A stretch of 63,229 nucleotides of DNA, filler included, from Octopus bimaculoides (Eukaryota), in assembly GCF_001194135.2 (NCBI RefSeq). It is 5 parts of 5 records of this genome, joined end to end, with 100 filler letters (N's around TTAATTAATTAA, not from the genome) between each part and the next. Parts side by side here need not be neighbours in the genome. Positions count along the whole stretch, not along the records: positions 1 to 28,644 come from NC_068984.1; 4 more parts are not named here. One strand, given 5' to 3'. Below are positions 11,545-23,842 of this stretch, piece after piece (position 1 is the stretch's first letter; the number at the start of each line of letters is the position of its first letter). Both the position numbers and the translations under genes were made by a program. The notes under the pieces are model-generated. The model did not search any database and had not been told where the DNA came from. It worked only from the letters and a program-made list of their open reading frames with translations.

Positions 11545-12185
11545 TACTTTCCAATTCGCCAACAGGTACTTAGCGATATATTTACAACCGCTTAAAATTT
11601 CAGATCTGGAATTCAGCAGTGCGGTAAGTGTTCTTTCAGCTACGCATAGCTTACATTTTTTAATCTGTTGACAAATGGTGTAAACTTTTCAGCTATTTTC
11701 TACTTTATTGTATGTGGTGTAGCATTAGACTTCAAACCCTATATGTGGCTAACCGACTAAGTGGTTTTACTGTGTTGGAAGGAAGATATGTAGTTAGCAT
11801 AGCGATTTTCGAAGTCACTTTCATATCATCCAATGTAGCTCTTCTTTTCGGTTATGTTATCATCTAGCGTTGCTGTAACTCCTGGCTCATATATGACTGA
11901 TTTAATCATGCATCTCTGGTCGAATGGACAGGTTCCTGGGTTTCGACAGTTACAACTGGAAGTATGCTCTTGATGGTGTTTGGCGGAATGATGCTCTTCG
12001 TATTGGTACAGCAGCTATATGATAATTTAACTGAGCGCCTGTTGAATATTTTTCTGTATCTGTGATTTTCTGGAAAATGTTTGTCTAAGAGAGACAGGAA
12101 TCTTTTACTTATGTTGGGTTTAACATTAAGAGAAAAAGGGGGTGGGGCGAACCAAATTATTCTCCTAGGTCTATTTTTATTATTC
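11545..12185 (-). mobile_element. Penelope-like element remnant (linker + GIY-YIG endonuclease)
   Basis: [52 protein letters not shown], then [20 protein letters not shown]...KKSYIG...FENRY, ...KLCVAE...LLNSRSEILSGC. Colinear with 53810-54460. Confidence 0.85.
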
Positions 12186-12191
12186 GTATTA

Positions 12192-12635
12192 TTAGAGGGG
12201 TTATAAATATTCTTTTCTACTCTAGGCACAAGGCTCGAAACTTTTGGAGAGGGGGCCAGTCGATTAGATCGACCCCAGTACGCAACTGGTACTTCATTTA
12301 TCGACCCCAAAAGTTGAAATTCGACCTCTGTGGAATTTGAACTCAGAACGTAATAGCAGACGAAATATCGCTAAGCATTTTGCCCGGTGTGCTAACGTTT
12401 CTTATTTCTTTTACTCCCCACAAGGGGCTACACACAGAGGTGACAAACAAGGACATACAAACGGATTAAGTAGATTATATCGACCCCAGTGCGTAACCGG
12501 TACTTATTTAATCGACCCTGAAAGGATGAAAGCAAAGCCGACCTCGGCGGAATTTGAACTCAGAACCATAGCGGCAGACGAAATACCGCTAAGCATTTCA
12601 CCCGGCGTGCTAACGTTTCTGCCAGCTCGCCGGCT
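12192..12635 (-). mobile_element. Two tandem SINE type A copies (tRNA-derived; GGCGGCGAGCTGGCAGAA...GAGTTCAAATTCCGCCGAGGTCG)
   Basis: Both halves match the family sequence seen at 19583-19793, 26723-26935 and 40140-40300. Confidence 0.85.
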
Positions 12636-13879
12636 TAGAGAAGTTATATATTAATTCATCCTCAAAGCCACTATTAACATAGTAGGGGATTGCCATCTCG
12701 GAAACGTTTTTAGAGGAAGAGAGGTTAAATAATCTGTTACTAATCCTGGCTATCAGGTTTTTAAATAAAATGGAGGCTGTGTATTTTTCGCTTGAATTAA
12801 AAATTAAACTCTAGCAATCGTAAGAATGCAATAATTTCCTGCTTTGCATAAGTTTTTATTTTAAATTATGTCTAGATTAGGAAATGCAAGAGGAATTAGC
12901 ATTATAGCAAAAAAGAAAAAAAAAAAAANNNNNNNNNNAAAAAAAAAAAAAAAGCGAAGAAGGAAAATGAATTTTCTAGAGATAATACTGTATCTACAGA
13001 CGTGCTGTTGAATTGTAAGTTGGATAAGAAAACTGTATAATGACATTTCCTCATACAGTTTCTTTTCTTACATATAATGTCGTTATAAAAAAAATATATA
13101 TACAGATCACACTGAAAATGTTTCGTTATTTTAATTACAAGGTAGCTGTGTGCAGTTAAACTATTTAGTCATTTGAACATTCAATTAAGGCTTACAATGA
13201 GAGTTTCTGCTTACGTTACATTTTCTTTTCCCGTAGGACGGGCATCAGTTTCGTAGTATAAATATTTACATTCTCAAACCATTTTATACCTAGGATTGAT
13301 TTCAAAATATATAATTACATACATTACAAACAAAATTATAATTTGAAACGTTTTATAGGATGGCTTATTTCGAACTGAAGTGTTTAATTTTCCAGGTTAG
13401 AGGAACAGTTAGACAGGCGGGAACCATATGGTTATATGTTGTTCGTAGAGGACGTCAAATGTAACAACGTAATTGGTTTTTGGTATGAAATTGATTCAGT
13501 ATTTGGAATTAAGTTTGATGGAAGCTGCTTTTGAAGGTTGGCTGGTTTCGAAAAGGCTGAGATTGGCTAAGTATTGTATAGATGATAATTTCAGTAAACT
13601 TGAAATAAATTAGTAAATGATTTGTGTTCATCGTAACTTTTAGTTAACCGTTACGGGGTTTATCAGAACTACTACGAGTTGAAATAAATGAATTTGTTAG
13701 AGGATCTCTTGTAATAAGTTTACTACTGAGAAAGAGAGTAAGAAAGAAAGAAATTATCTGAAAGTTGTTAATGGGAAAAGTGTTATCATTTTAACTGTCT
13801 AAAAGTTATCATTTTAACTGTCTAATGGGAAAAGTGTTATCATTTTAACTGTCTAAATGAAGACAATAAGCCAGATATT

Positions 13880-14032
13880 CTTTTCTACTCTTGGCACAAG
13901 TTCCAGTACGCAACTGGTACTTGATTTATCTGTCCCGAAAGGATGAAAGGCAAAGTCGACCTCGGTGGAGTTTGAACTCAGGACGAAAAGACAAACGAAA
14001 TATCGCTAGACATTTCGGCCAGCTCACCGCCT
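13880..14032 (-). mobile_element. SINE type A (internally deleted)
   Basis: Matches family A blocks (GTCGACCTCGG..GA.TTTGAACTCAG, GCCAGCTCACCGCC). Confidence 0.8.
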
Positions 14033-14411
14033 TGACAATAAGGCAGATATTGCCGCTCTGACATTGCTGAGGAAAGAGATGATATTCTGTTACAATGTCT
14101 TGGATTTATTCCTGTGCCAGACTTGATGTAGGCCAATAAAAATGGAAATTGGATGAGTTTTCTTGATCGAAGATTGTTGTGAATTTTGCAGATGACAAAA
14201 ATTCTAGGTGCAAACTCTGAGAAAAATAAGAAGTAACATTCAGAAGCATTGAAATTGAGTTTTCGACTTCTGGTTGCGAATTCTCCGTGTATTCACTACA
14301 TTATCATAATTCTAGACACTTTTGAACAAGAGTGATGTATTATTTTAAATTTGAAATTGAGAGAAACACATGCAAGTTACTTTAGTCATTTATGAGGTAG
14401 CAAAAACAATA

Positions 14412-14456
<45 letters not shown>

Positions 14457-15283
14457 NNNNNNNNNNNNNNNNNNNNNNNNNNNNNNNNNNNNNNNNNNNN
14501 NNNNNNNNNNNNNNNNNNNNNNNNNNNNNNNNNNNNNNNNNNNNNNNNNNNNNNNNNNNNNNNNNNNNNNNNNNNNNNNNNNNNNNNNNNNNNNNNNNNN
14601 NNNNNNNNNNNNNNNNNNNNNNNNNNNNNNNNNNNNNNNNNNNNNNNNNNNNNNNNNNNNNNNNNNNNNNNNNNNNNNNNNNNNNNNNNNNNNNNNNNNN
14701 NNNNNNNNNNNNNNNNNNNNNNNNNNNNNNNNNNNNNNNNNNNNNNNNNNNNNNNNNNNNNNNNNNNNNNNNNNNNNNNNNNNNNNNNNNNNNNNNNNNN
14801 NNNNNNNNNNNNNNNNNNNNNNNNNNNNNNNNNNNNNNNNNNNNNNNNNNNNNNNNNNNNNNNNNNNNNNNNNNNNNNNNNNNNNNNNNNNNNNNNNNNN
14901 NNNNNNNNNNNNNNNNNNNNNNNNNNNNNNNNNNNNNNNNNNNNNNNNNNNNNNNNNNNNNNNNNNNNNNNNNNNNNNNNNNNNNNNNNNNNNNNNNNNN
15001 NNNNNNNNNNNNNNNNNNNNNNNNNNNNNNNNNNNNNNNNNNNNNNNNNNNNNNNNNNNNNNNNNNNNNNNNNNNNNNNNNNNNNNNNNNNNNNNNNNNN
15101 NNNNNNNNNNNNNNNNNNNNNNNNNNNNNNNNNNNNNNNNNNNNNNNNNNNNNNNNNNNNNNNNNNNNNNNNNNNNNNNNNNNNNNNNNNNNNNNNNNNN
15201 NNNNNNNNNNNNNNNNNNNNNNNNNNNNNNNNNNNNNNNNNNNNNNNNNNNNNNNNNNNNNNNNNNNNNNNNNNNNNNNNNNN

Positions 15284-15323
<40 letters not shown>

Positions 15324-15378
15324 GATGTAGGTATGTACATATATGTATGTATATATGCATATGCTCACATATCATTTG

Positions 15379-15412
<34 letters not shown>

Positions 15413-15519
15413 GTCTCCGGTAACTTTAATCAAGCAGCATTTGTAATGTACCAAATTGAATTACAGAAGTAAAGTAACTTCTTAAAATAAATAATTTTAA
15501 AATAGATTCAACTAAAAAA

Positions 15520-15680
15520 ACGTAAATGGCTGTGTCGTAAAGGAGTTCGCTTCGCAACCATATGGTTTCAAGTTCAGTCCCATTGTGCGACACTTTGGAC
15601 AAGTGTCTTTCACTACTGTCCCGGACCGACCAAAGCCTTGTGAGAGGATTTGACTAACGGAAATAGTGAAATAGTGTAAT
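15520..15680 (+). mobile_element. SINE type B head
   Basis: ATGGCTGTGTCGTAAAGGAGTTCGCTTCGCAACCATATGGTTTCAAGTTCAGTCCC...TTTGGACAAGTGTCTT...GACCAAAGCCTTGTGAG. Confidence 0.75.
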
Positions 15681-17372
15681 CGCACACACACACACACACC
15701 GACACTTATGATGGAGAGTATGCTGAGTAGTACTTTTGTATAGCAGAAGAATTACTTTGTCAACATGTGTAATTGGAATGACCTAAGTCACTTAATATAA
15801 AAGCTATGCCCTCTTTTGTATTACTTTCTATATAATCCACGTATTTAGTGCACATGGTCTGTTAAAAATTACAAAGAACATTGGTTACTACTTTCACTTA
15901 TTAGTTCAGTAAATCTAACTTAATGTAATGATTCAAAGAAGAAATACACTGAACTTGCTGCCAAATGGATGTCTCTTATTCGTAGAAGGACTTCAGCGAT
16001 GCAATTCAACGAAACACTATTCAGTTTTACTGGGCCGTCACTGCTTACAACGGCAAAATATATTATACATACGAACACACCTTATTTATTCATCGAGTAA
16101 ATGGAGTTCTGACTACGAATAAAGCACGGTGAAAAGATACGAACTGCCGACATGACGACCGGTTGTCGAGCGCCCTATCGACTTGGATAAACGCACTCTG
16201 AAAATTGATCTTTAACATTGGTTTTCCGTAGTGTTAAAGCATTCAGATAACACTGAATCTAATCGACTCTCCTAACGCTAGTCCATTGATTCAAGTAATT
16301 TTGTTTTGGTTGCTGCTTATTTTATTTCATTTTAGTAAATATCTGCAAGTAAATGCCAGCTAAACAGATCATAAAAACAAAACAGAAAAAATAAATGTCA
16401 GAATTTCAACTAAACAATTTAGGAATATAACGAGAATTACGATTTACAGATTACACTAAATTTCAACATAGTTCTTTAAATGAGAATAATGCGACTGCTT
16501 TTTGATGTTTATCAAATATTTGGTGTCAAATTGGAAGTAGAAATCTTCAAGGGAATCTTACAAGTGATCATTAATCAATTTTGGGAGAATTTGTTTTGAA
16601 ATTCCTACTTTTTAAAATTTTTTATCGTTCTGGGGAATGATTGTTTACAAAGACAAGCGTGTCTGAAGATGCAAATCAATTGTAATTTTTTTTTTAATAG
16701 CTGCATAGTAACTTTCTAAAAGAAGGATTTCAGGCTGCCGACTTGAAAATGTGTGGAGCGACTCGTCATTTAATAACGAAAACTGTCTCGTCATCAGGGT
16801 ACAGAAACGCATACGTGGTGGAAATCTGCAGTAGCCCAGTTTGCTTAGCTGTAAATAGGTACACTTAAGCTGTAGTCGATCTGTTTACTTGTCGTAAACA
16901 AATTGCAGTAACTGAAAAAAAAAAGGTTCAGAAGTACAGCTTACGATAAACGGTGATAACATCGTATAATTTACGAGTGTTGCGTATACTGTGTGTGTGT
17001 ACGTATGTATGAATGTCTGCTTATGTATAATATATATATATGTATATTTATATACTTTGTAGAGCTATGTTTTTTAGTTTTATATAATTATTTTTTGATA
17101 TCTCTTATTATTCATCCAGTAGTTTAGATTTGATAAAAGGTGATTGGCAAAAGCTCTGAAATGAATCTCAGTGCAAATGCTAATTCTGTATATGAAGCTA
17201 AGATGCAAACTGTCGGAATTTTTTGCTGACGATTACGAATTCAAATACTACTGGTATTGGAAAAAGATCTTAAGGTGTAGAAAAGAAAGATAAATATTGT
17301 GTCTTATGCAACACTTTGATAACACACTGTGATCTTTTAATTTATGGACAAAACCATTTTGTTTTAGTAATA

Positions 17373-17562
17373 GACACTTGAGCAAGTGTCATCTACTATA
17401 GCCTCGGGCCGACCAAAACGTTGTGAGTTGATTTGGTAGACGGAAACTGAAAGAAGCCCGTCGCGTGTGTGTATATATATGTATATATATATATATATAC
17501 ATATATATGTGTGTGTGTGTGTGTGTCTTTGTTTGTCTTCCACCACCGCTTGACAACCAGTG
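17373..17562 (+). mobile_element. SINE type B segment, inverted duplicate of 17820-18012
   Basis: Near-identical reverse complement of 17820-18012, including shared non-consensus bases. Confidence 0.8.
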
Positions 17563-17644
17563 ATAATTTGTAATCATGAACAATAAATATTTAGATAGAC
17601 AGAACGAATGTTTAACGGTTAAACATTCGTTAAACTTTAACGTT

Positions 17645-17862
17645 TGGTATCTTTTATCTTTTACCTGTTTCAGTTATTTGACCACGGCCATGCTGGGGCA
17701 CCGCCCTGAAGTGTTTAGTCGAACAAATCGATCCCAGGACTTATTCTTTGTAAGCCTTGTACTCATTATATCGGTCTCTGATGTCGAACCGCTAAGTTAC
17801 GAGGACGTGAACACTCCAACACTGGTTGTCAAGCGGTGGTTGAGGACAAACATAGATACAAA

Positions 17863-17911
<49 letters not shown>

Positions 17912-18085
17912 AGTATATATACGCACATACGACGGGCTTCTTTCAGTTTCCGTCTACCAAATCAACTCACAAGGTTTTGGTCGGCCCGAGGCTATAGTAG
18001 ATGACACTTGCCCAAGGTGCCACGTAGTGAGACTGAACCCGGCAACTATGTGGCTAGGAAGCAAACTTCTTACCACACAGCCACA
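17645..18085 (-). mobile_element. Full-length SINE type B
   Basis: Head, CORE-like block, internal (CA)/(TA) tract and 3' GCATGGCCG..GTC....ACTGAAACA end are all present. Confidence 0.88.
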
Positions 18086-18254
18086 CCTGAGCCGACAAAA
18101 GAAAAAGTGGGTATTAGTACACTTATGTAAAATACGTTTTGCATCACAAACATTTTCTCATAACTTTGGAATTCATTTGGAAAAACTGAGAGGTGTTAAA
18201 ATGAACGTCTGCTCAGATCCATATTAACCCCTTACTTATCAATTCACTGTTCCA

Positions 18255-19285
18255 GTTCTCTACGTTCCGGGTTCAAATCCTGTCGAGGTCAATTTTTATC
18301 TTTCATCCCTGAGTGTCGATGAAATAAAGTACCATTCAAGTACTGGGGTCGCTTTAATGAATTCACCCATACCTCAGATTTCTGGCCTTGTGCCTAATTT
18401 ACAAACACCGAATAGAAATTGTGAAAGACTCTGGATTGGCTGAATCGTTAGTGCACTGGAAAAAAGTGTCTCGTGCTAGTTCTCTCGGTTCTTTACGACC
18501 TGATATAAACTTTGCCTTTTATAAACTTTTATAAACCGCTGATATAAACTTTGCCTTTTCTTCTTTCAGGGCCGATAAAATAGAGCACAAGCCAAGTAAT
18601 GGTGTCGAAAGTATCGACTGATCATCCTCTCAAAATTACTGATCTCGTGTCTGAATCAAAAGCCATTATCTTTAAGTAAATAAAGGTAGTGAGTTTGTAA
18701 AATCGTTACGAGATTAGTAGTTCCCTCTCTTTACATACAGAGTTGAAATCCCGCCGAGGTCAACTTGGCATTTCATCTTTTCGGGTCGATGAAATAAACT
18801 GCCAGTGAATTTCTCCTCCTATGAACTTTCAGAATTTGTGCCAATGCTGGAAACAATTATCATTTATATTTTATGGAAGACTTGATTTATAAGTGAGACA
18901 AAAATATTTAACAAAAACTCGGTCTGAGAAGTAACAGGCAAACTTCAGTGGTTTGTTAAAACGTCAACCGTAAAATGAATTCGATGTGAAAAATACCGAT
19001 AGTAATAATCATAACAATGGTTTCAAATTTTGGCACAAGGCCAGTAAGTTCGGGGTAGGGTGAGTCGATTACATCGACTCCAGTATTCCCGAAAAGATGA
19101 AAGGCGAGTCGACTCCGCTGTATTTGAACCCAGTGTTCAACTGGTACTTGTTTTATCGACCCTAGAAAGACGAAAGGCAAATGCGACCTTGGCGGAATTT
19201 GAACTCAGAGCGTAAAGACGGACGGACGAAATGCTGCTAAGCATTTTGTTCGGCGTGCTCACGATTTTGCCAGCTCGCCGCCTCT
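18255..19285. mobile_element. Cluster of SINE type A fragments (two on +, ~18255-18410 and ~18700-18860; two on -, ~19015-19130 and ~19140-19285)
   Basis: Repeated GTTCAAAT/CCGCCGAGGTC/TTTCATCC/GTCGAT(G)AAATAAA/GGCCTTGTGCC blocks in both orientations. Confidence 0.75.
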
Positions 19286-19327
19286 ACGCGTAATTGTTAT
19301 GATGAAACCAGACCAAATTAGAGTAGT

Positions 19328-19958
19328 AAGTCGGCTACTAATTAAGGAGGGTATGTCGAGGTACTGCTTTTCTATATTTAACCATCACAAGATGTACATA
19401 ATGTTTACGCACCCAATGGGAATATAGTAGTTATTTCGTGTTACGCTAAGAAACGGTGCACGGTACCAGAATTTTCGACTCGAGTCAAATACAAAATATT
19501 ATTCCAAATCGTTGTTAGAGTATCCGCATAAGTGGAGTCAAGAGCGGATAGTTTGTTCTAGCACTCAGTCGTATTGTAATAATCTTTTCTACTATAGGCA
19601 CCAGGCGTGAAAGTGGGGGAGGAGGATAGTCGATTACATCGACCTCAGTACTCAACTGGTACTTAATTTATCGACGCCGAAAGGATGAAAAGCAAAGTCG
19701 ACCTCAGCGGAATTTGAACTCGGAACGTAGCGGCAGACGAAATACCGCTAAGCATCTCGCCCGGCGTGCTAACGATTCTGCTAGCGTGCCGCCTTTGTCG
19801 TTTTGTAATATTGAAGTCAAACCTACCCTGCACTGCTTCTTGGCGTAACACAAAATAACTATACTCCCCTTGGGTGAACAAACAGAACACACATCCAGTA
19901 ACGTTTAAACATGGCAAAGCAGTACCTGAGCATATCCTTCTTACTTAGTAGTCAACTT
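19328..19958. mobile_element. Old fold-back/MITE-like structure with ~140-bp inverted arms, carrying a SINE insertion
   Basis: 19328-~19470 aligns to the reverse complement of ~19822-19958 at roughly 70-75% identity by eye. Confidence 0.65.
19583..19793 (-). mobile_element. Full-length SINE type A
   Basis: Complete from GGCGGC head to AGTAGAAAAGA tail. Confidence 0.88.
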
Positions 19959-20284
19959 CAATTTTACAATTAATTCGACTCAATGACTGTACAAACTAGC
20001 TGGTCTTGACTCCATTTAATGCGAATTCTCTAGCAACGATTTGTTATATTTGGGAGAGAAGACGCTAGTATACGCATAGAATCATTTATCGCTTCATTTT
20101 TCTTTGAGTTTAATTTCAAGTTCTTGAGAGATTTCAAGACGGTTGCTAACGAAGCAACATGACATTTTGAGTTAAGAGAGTTCCCGGTGTTTGTAAATAT
20201 GTGGTTGAGTTGGTGTGTTGGTTGAACTGTCGATGCATACATATAAGTGTGTGCATCTATTCACATAAGAATTTCAAGTGGAGA

Positions 20285-20910
20285 AATTTTGGAATGTCTT
20301 ATAAACCTTCGCTGTGCCACTAATAAATTGGATTTAGGGAATCCGCTTTAGTTTCTTTCGCTCTTTTTCCGTAAAACTGAGTATTTCTAGGTTTTTGTGC
20401 AAAATTGTTCGTACAAAACATAATGCAACTATGTCGATAGGTAGAAATGAGAATTCATAGTCAGGGTAAGAGAGTTGTAAGTTCCGCATTAATTTGCCAT
20501 AAATGTTCCTGTTTTTTTCCTGGACCTTTGAATGGACATTCACATCTGTTGGGCAGCTGACCTCACAGCAGTACATGAATTTTGTTCTCAATCCCATAGA
20601 ACAAAATCAGGTATGTTATGTTTGCACCGAATTGAATTTTTATTGGAGTATTCCGCCAGTATTCTTTGTTTTTAAAGGTGTGAATACCTGTTGGTTCTGA
20701 CATGTATGTATATATGTGTAAGTCCTTTTGTGCAGGTGTTCGCAGTTTATTTCTGTGCGTCGACATGTGGAAGATCTCGAAAAAACTTGAGCTCCCGCTC
20801 TCTTTGATGTAACACCTATTATAACTTTTATATTGATTGTGAATTGCTAGAAATGTTGGAGGCGTCGAGCTAAATACATTTTTGGTAGTGTATTTCGTTC
20901 TGTTGAACAA
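20285..20910 (-). mobile_element. R4/NeSL-type non-LTR retrotransposon 3' remnant (restriction-like endonuclease), family 2
   Basis: KEYWRNTPIK...EVSCPTDVNVHSKVQEK...IYGKLMRNLQLSYPDYEFSFLPI...SGTAKVYKTF. Homologous to 47642-48210. Confidence 0.75.
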
Positions 20911-20995
20911 ATTAATAACCTAATCAATTAGCTAAATTACGAAAAGAATGAAGGGGGCGTGTGAGTCTGATTGTTGGTAGCTATAAGGTGATAAT

Positions 20996-21035
20996 TCCGG
21001 ACATGTTTTGGTCTTATTGCACTTCCTCAGCAAAG
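20996..21035 (-). ncRNA. Degenerate (probably dead) minimal hammerhead motif
   Basis: Minus strand: CTGAGGA-AGTG[CAATAA]GACC-AAAA-CATGTC^. Palindromic ACATGT stem III, same CAATAA loop as 37760. G12 is mutated (CGAAA>CAAAA, CpG-type) and stem II has two mismatches. Confidence 0.4.
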
Positions 21036-21434
21036 CATAGTCAACTAATTTTCATTAGCGCTAATGAATTTCTTTCATATCACGGCAATAATTTGAGTTA
21101 ATTAAAAAATATTTTTGCTCGTTAGGTCAAGTATCATTAACTGCACTTAACTATATACTTTTCAAGCAGAAGAAGTTCTTAGAATATTTGCCAATGTCAT
21201 TAGTTTATGTAATAACGTGGTCTAATAAACCCTTCTTGAAAATTGTTGATTAATAACAATAGTAGAGTTAATTAGTCGCCTATTTTAAGACTACTACCTC
21301 GTACCTTGCGTACCTTTAAAGGAACCTACGCTGTTGCTAGCATTCGGGGTAGATTTCCAGTTAAGGATTCCTTCTTCCCACACCTCACGAAGCCTTGTAA
21401 AGAGTCTTTATCTTTTTTCCCGCTTTTTAAAATC

Positions 21435-21690
21435 TTTTTACAAGTTTCAGTTATTAGACTGCGGCCATGCTAGGGCACCACCTTGAAGAACGAATCGACT
21501 GAGTCCTTTCTTTTAAAGCCTGGTACTGGTACTTATTCTACCGTTCCCTTTGGCGATTCGCTAAGTTACATCTGTAAACACACCAACACCAGTCATCAAG
21601 CAGTGGTGGGGGACAAACACAGACACAAAGATACACACACACACAGACACATACACACACACACATACATACGCACACACACACACACAT

Positions 21691-21723
<33 letters not shown>

Positions 21724-21926
21724 CNNNNNNNNNNACACACACACACACACATATATATATATACGACGGGCTTCTTTCAGTTTCCATCTACCAAATCTAC
21801 TTACAAGTCTCTGGTGAGTGAGAGGCTATAGTAGAAAACACTCACCTAAGGGGCCATACAGTGGAATTGAACCCGGAACTACGTGGCTGGGAAGCAAAAT
21901 TTTTACCTCGCATCCACATATGCGCC
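21435..21926 (-). mobile_element. Near full-length SINE type B
   Basis: All family B blocks are present, with a small N gap in the internal (CA)n. Confidence 0.85.
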
Positions 21927-21932
21927 GAGAGT

Positions 21933-21981
21933 AAAATATGGAACGTTTCACGAATTTGCGTGTCTGCCTTGCGCAGGGACC
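21933..21981 (-). pseudogene. U6: U6 snRNA 3'-half fragment (processed pseudogene)
   Basis: Minus strand GGTCCCTGCGCAAGGCAGACACGCAAATTCGTGAAACGTTCCATATTTT vs U6 3' half GGCCCCTGCGCAAGGATGACACGCAAATTCGTGAAGCGTTCCATATTTT: 4 differences in 49 nt. Confidence 0.88.
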
Positions 21982-23689
21982 TAGGATAAAATAATAATAA
22001 TAATCATAATAATTTCAGTTAATTAAGAAATATCAACGGCTGACCACGTCAAGCATCGTAACCTACATTTACCTACACGTCCTTCATGCAAACGAGATTC
22101 TTGAGATATTTTCCAAAGCCGAATAGTTTATATAGTAAACTTGTTTCAATGAATCATTCTTGAAAATGTTCAGTAATAATTTCCGTTTGGTCATCTCATG
22201 ACGTGTGTAATTTCTATTGTAAATATCAATCAACCAGTCCACTCATTATTGGTCACTTGTTAATCGTTATCAATAGCTGCTGGGTATTCTCTTTCGACCT
22301 TTCCATTATTAAAGGAAAACATTAGTTGATTCAAGGAAGAATTCCTGTCATTTACGATGTCTCCGAATTGGAATAAATAATACCTGCTGGTATTATTCGC
22401 GAATGTTCTATTAATCTGTTATTTTTCTTGGATTGTTTTCAAGAACGTCTTCTTGGAAATAATGATTAAATGTCTTCCTAGTCGTCGATGATAGCGTAAA
22501 CATAAACGAGAATAGGAAAACTTTTCGTTTCGAATATATCGACCTTTAATATTTACAATTGATTTGAGAGAATGATCGGTCCATGCGCGCACGCACACAC
22601 ACATACACACACAAATATACACACACAAATATACACACACATACATATACATATACGCAAGCAAAAATATACACACCCACACACATCACCACCGCCACCA
22701 CCACCACCACATTCATAAGTATAAGTACGTATGCATACATATAAATATGCGTGTGAATTTCTCTGTGTGTATGTGTGTATGTGCGTGTGTGCGTGTGTAT
22801 GTGTGTGCGCGTGTGTGTGATGTACAAGTTTAGCACTTGGCAATTTATCCATTTATATCCTACAAGCATAAATCAACCATTCTGAAAATCTACGAATTGC
22901 AACATCTGTGAAAGTGTGTAAGATCAAATAGATATTTGGTGTGTGCTTAATGTGTGTGTGTGTGTGTGTATATATTATATATATACATAGGTGTGTGTGT
23001 GTGTGTGTGTGTGTGATGTACGTGTGTGTGTTTTCGTAAATATTGTCAATAACAGAAATAGGAACCATATGTTACAATACCAAATAGGTTAAACTAATTA
23101 TTGAACAGATGAAAAACAATAAATACTTCATACATCAATCAAGTGTGTTGTCAAACAATTACACTTTTAAGCCTTATCATTTGATATCAACATAAGAGCA
23201 TCTCAAAACAATGGTGAGAATATGTCTGTATTTTAATACAACTACGACGTTGAATGTTTTCTGTTGTACTCCTACAAAGGTAATCAATTTTGCAGCACAC
23301 TTGACAGCTGCGAAGATACATAAACATCATTAAAAAAAAATACCGAAGTAATTATATTTAATCAACTATTTATTTGTAACATTGTTTTTTTGTTTTTTTT
23401 TACCATTGACAGAAAAGTACAAACGATAGTAGAGATGTGCGTAGTTAGAATACATCTATAAATGACACTCAGAAAGCCAGCTGCTCGTTCAATTCTAGCT
23501 ACTTATACTACAGTAATGAATCAACCAATACCTTGTGAGTAGCCTCAGCAGATGGAAGCTGTAGAAGCACATAGCACTTGTATATATGTGTGAGCAGTGA
23601 CGTAGCTAATAGAGGAGCAAGGGGAATGACCGTTTTTCACCTGAGTGTGTAGAACAAAATGCTTTGTGACATTTCTTTCAGATCTTTAC

Positions 23690-23835
23690 ATACTGAGTTG
23701 AAATTCCGCCGAGTTCAATTTTGCCCTTTCAAGCATTCGGTGAAGATGATATATACTACCTGCCTAGGACTGGAGTCGATGATATCGACTGTTCAGTCTC
23801 TCCTCAAAATTGTTGATTTTGTCCCTAAATTAAAA
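23690..23835 (+). mobile_element. SINE type A, degraded
   Basis: GAGTTGAAATTCCGCCGAGTTCAATTTTGCCCTTTCA...GTCGAT..ATCGACT...TTTTGTCCC. Confidence 0.7.
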
Positions 23836-23842
23836 ACAAAAG

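Noticed and set aside
13400-13700. Possible further PLE RT fossil on minus (PISAFSKP, VTFDV.LY)
   Set aside because: Only two short, frameshifted motifs; too weak to call.
15928-16122. Open frames (…KKKYTELAAKWMSLIRRR…) as an exon
   Set aside because: No domain match I can recognise and no clear donor/acceptor pair.
16725-16870. GC-richer island with two open frames after TTCAG
   Set aside because: Short, no homology recognised, and cannot be distinguished from TE debris.
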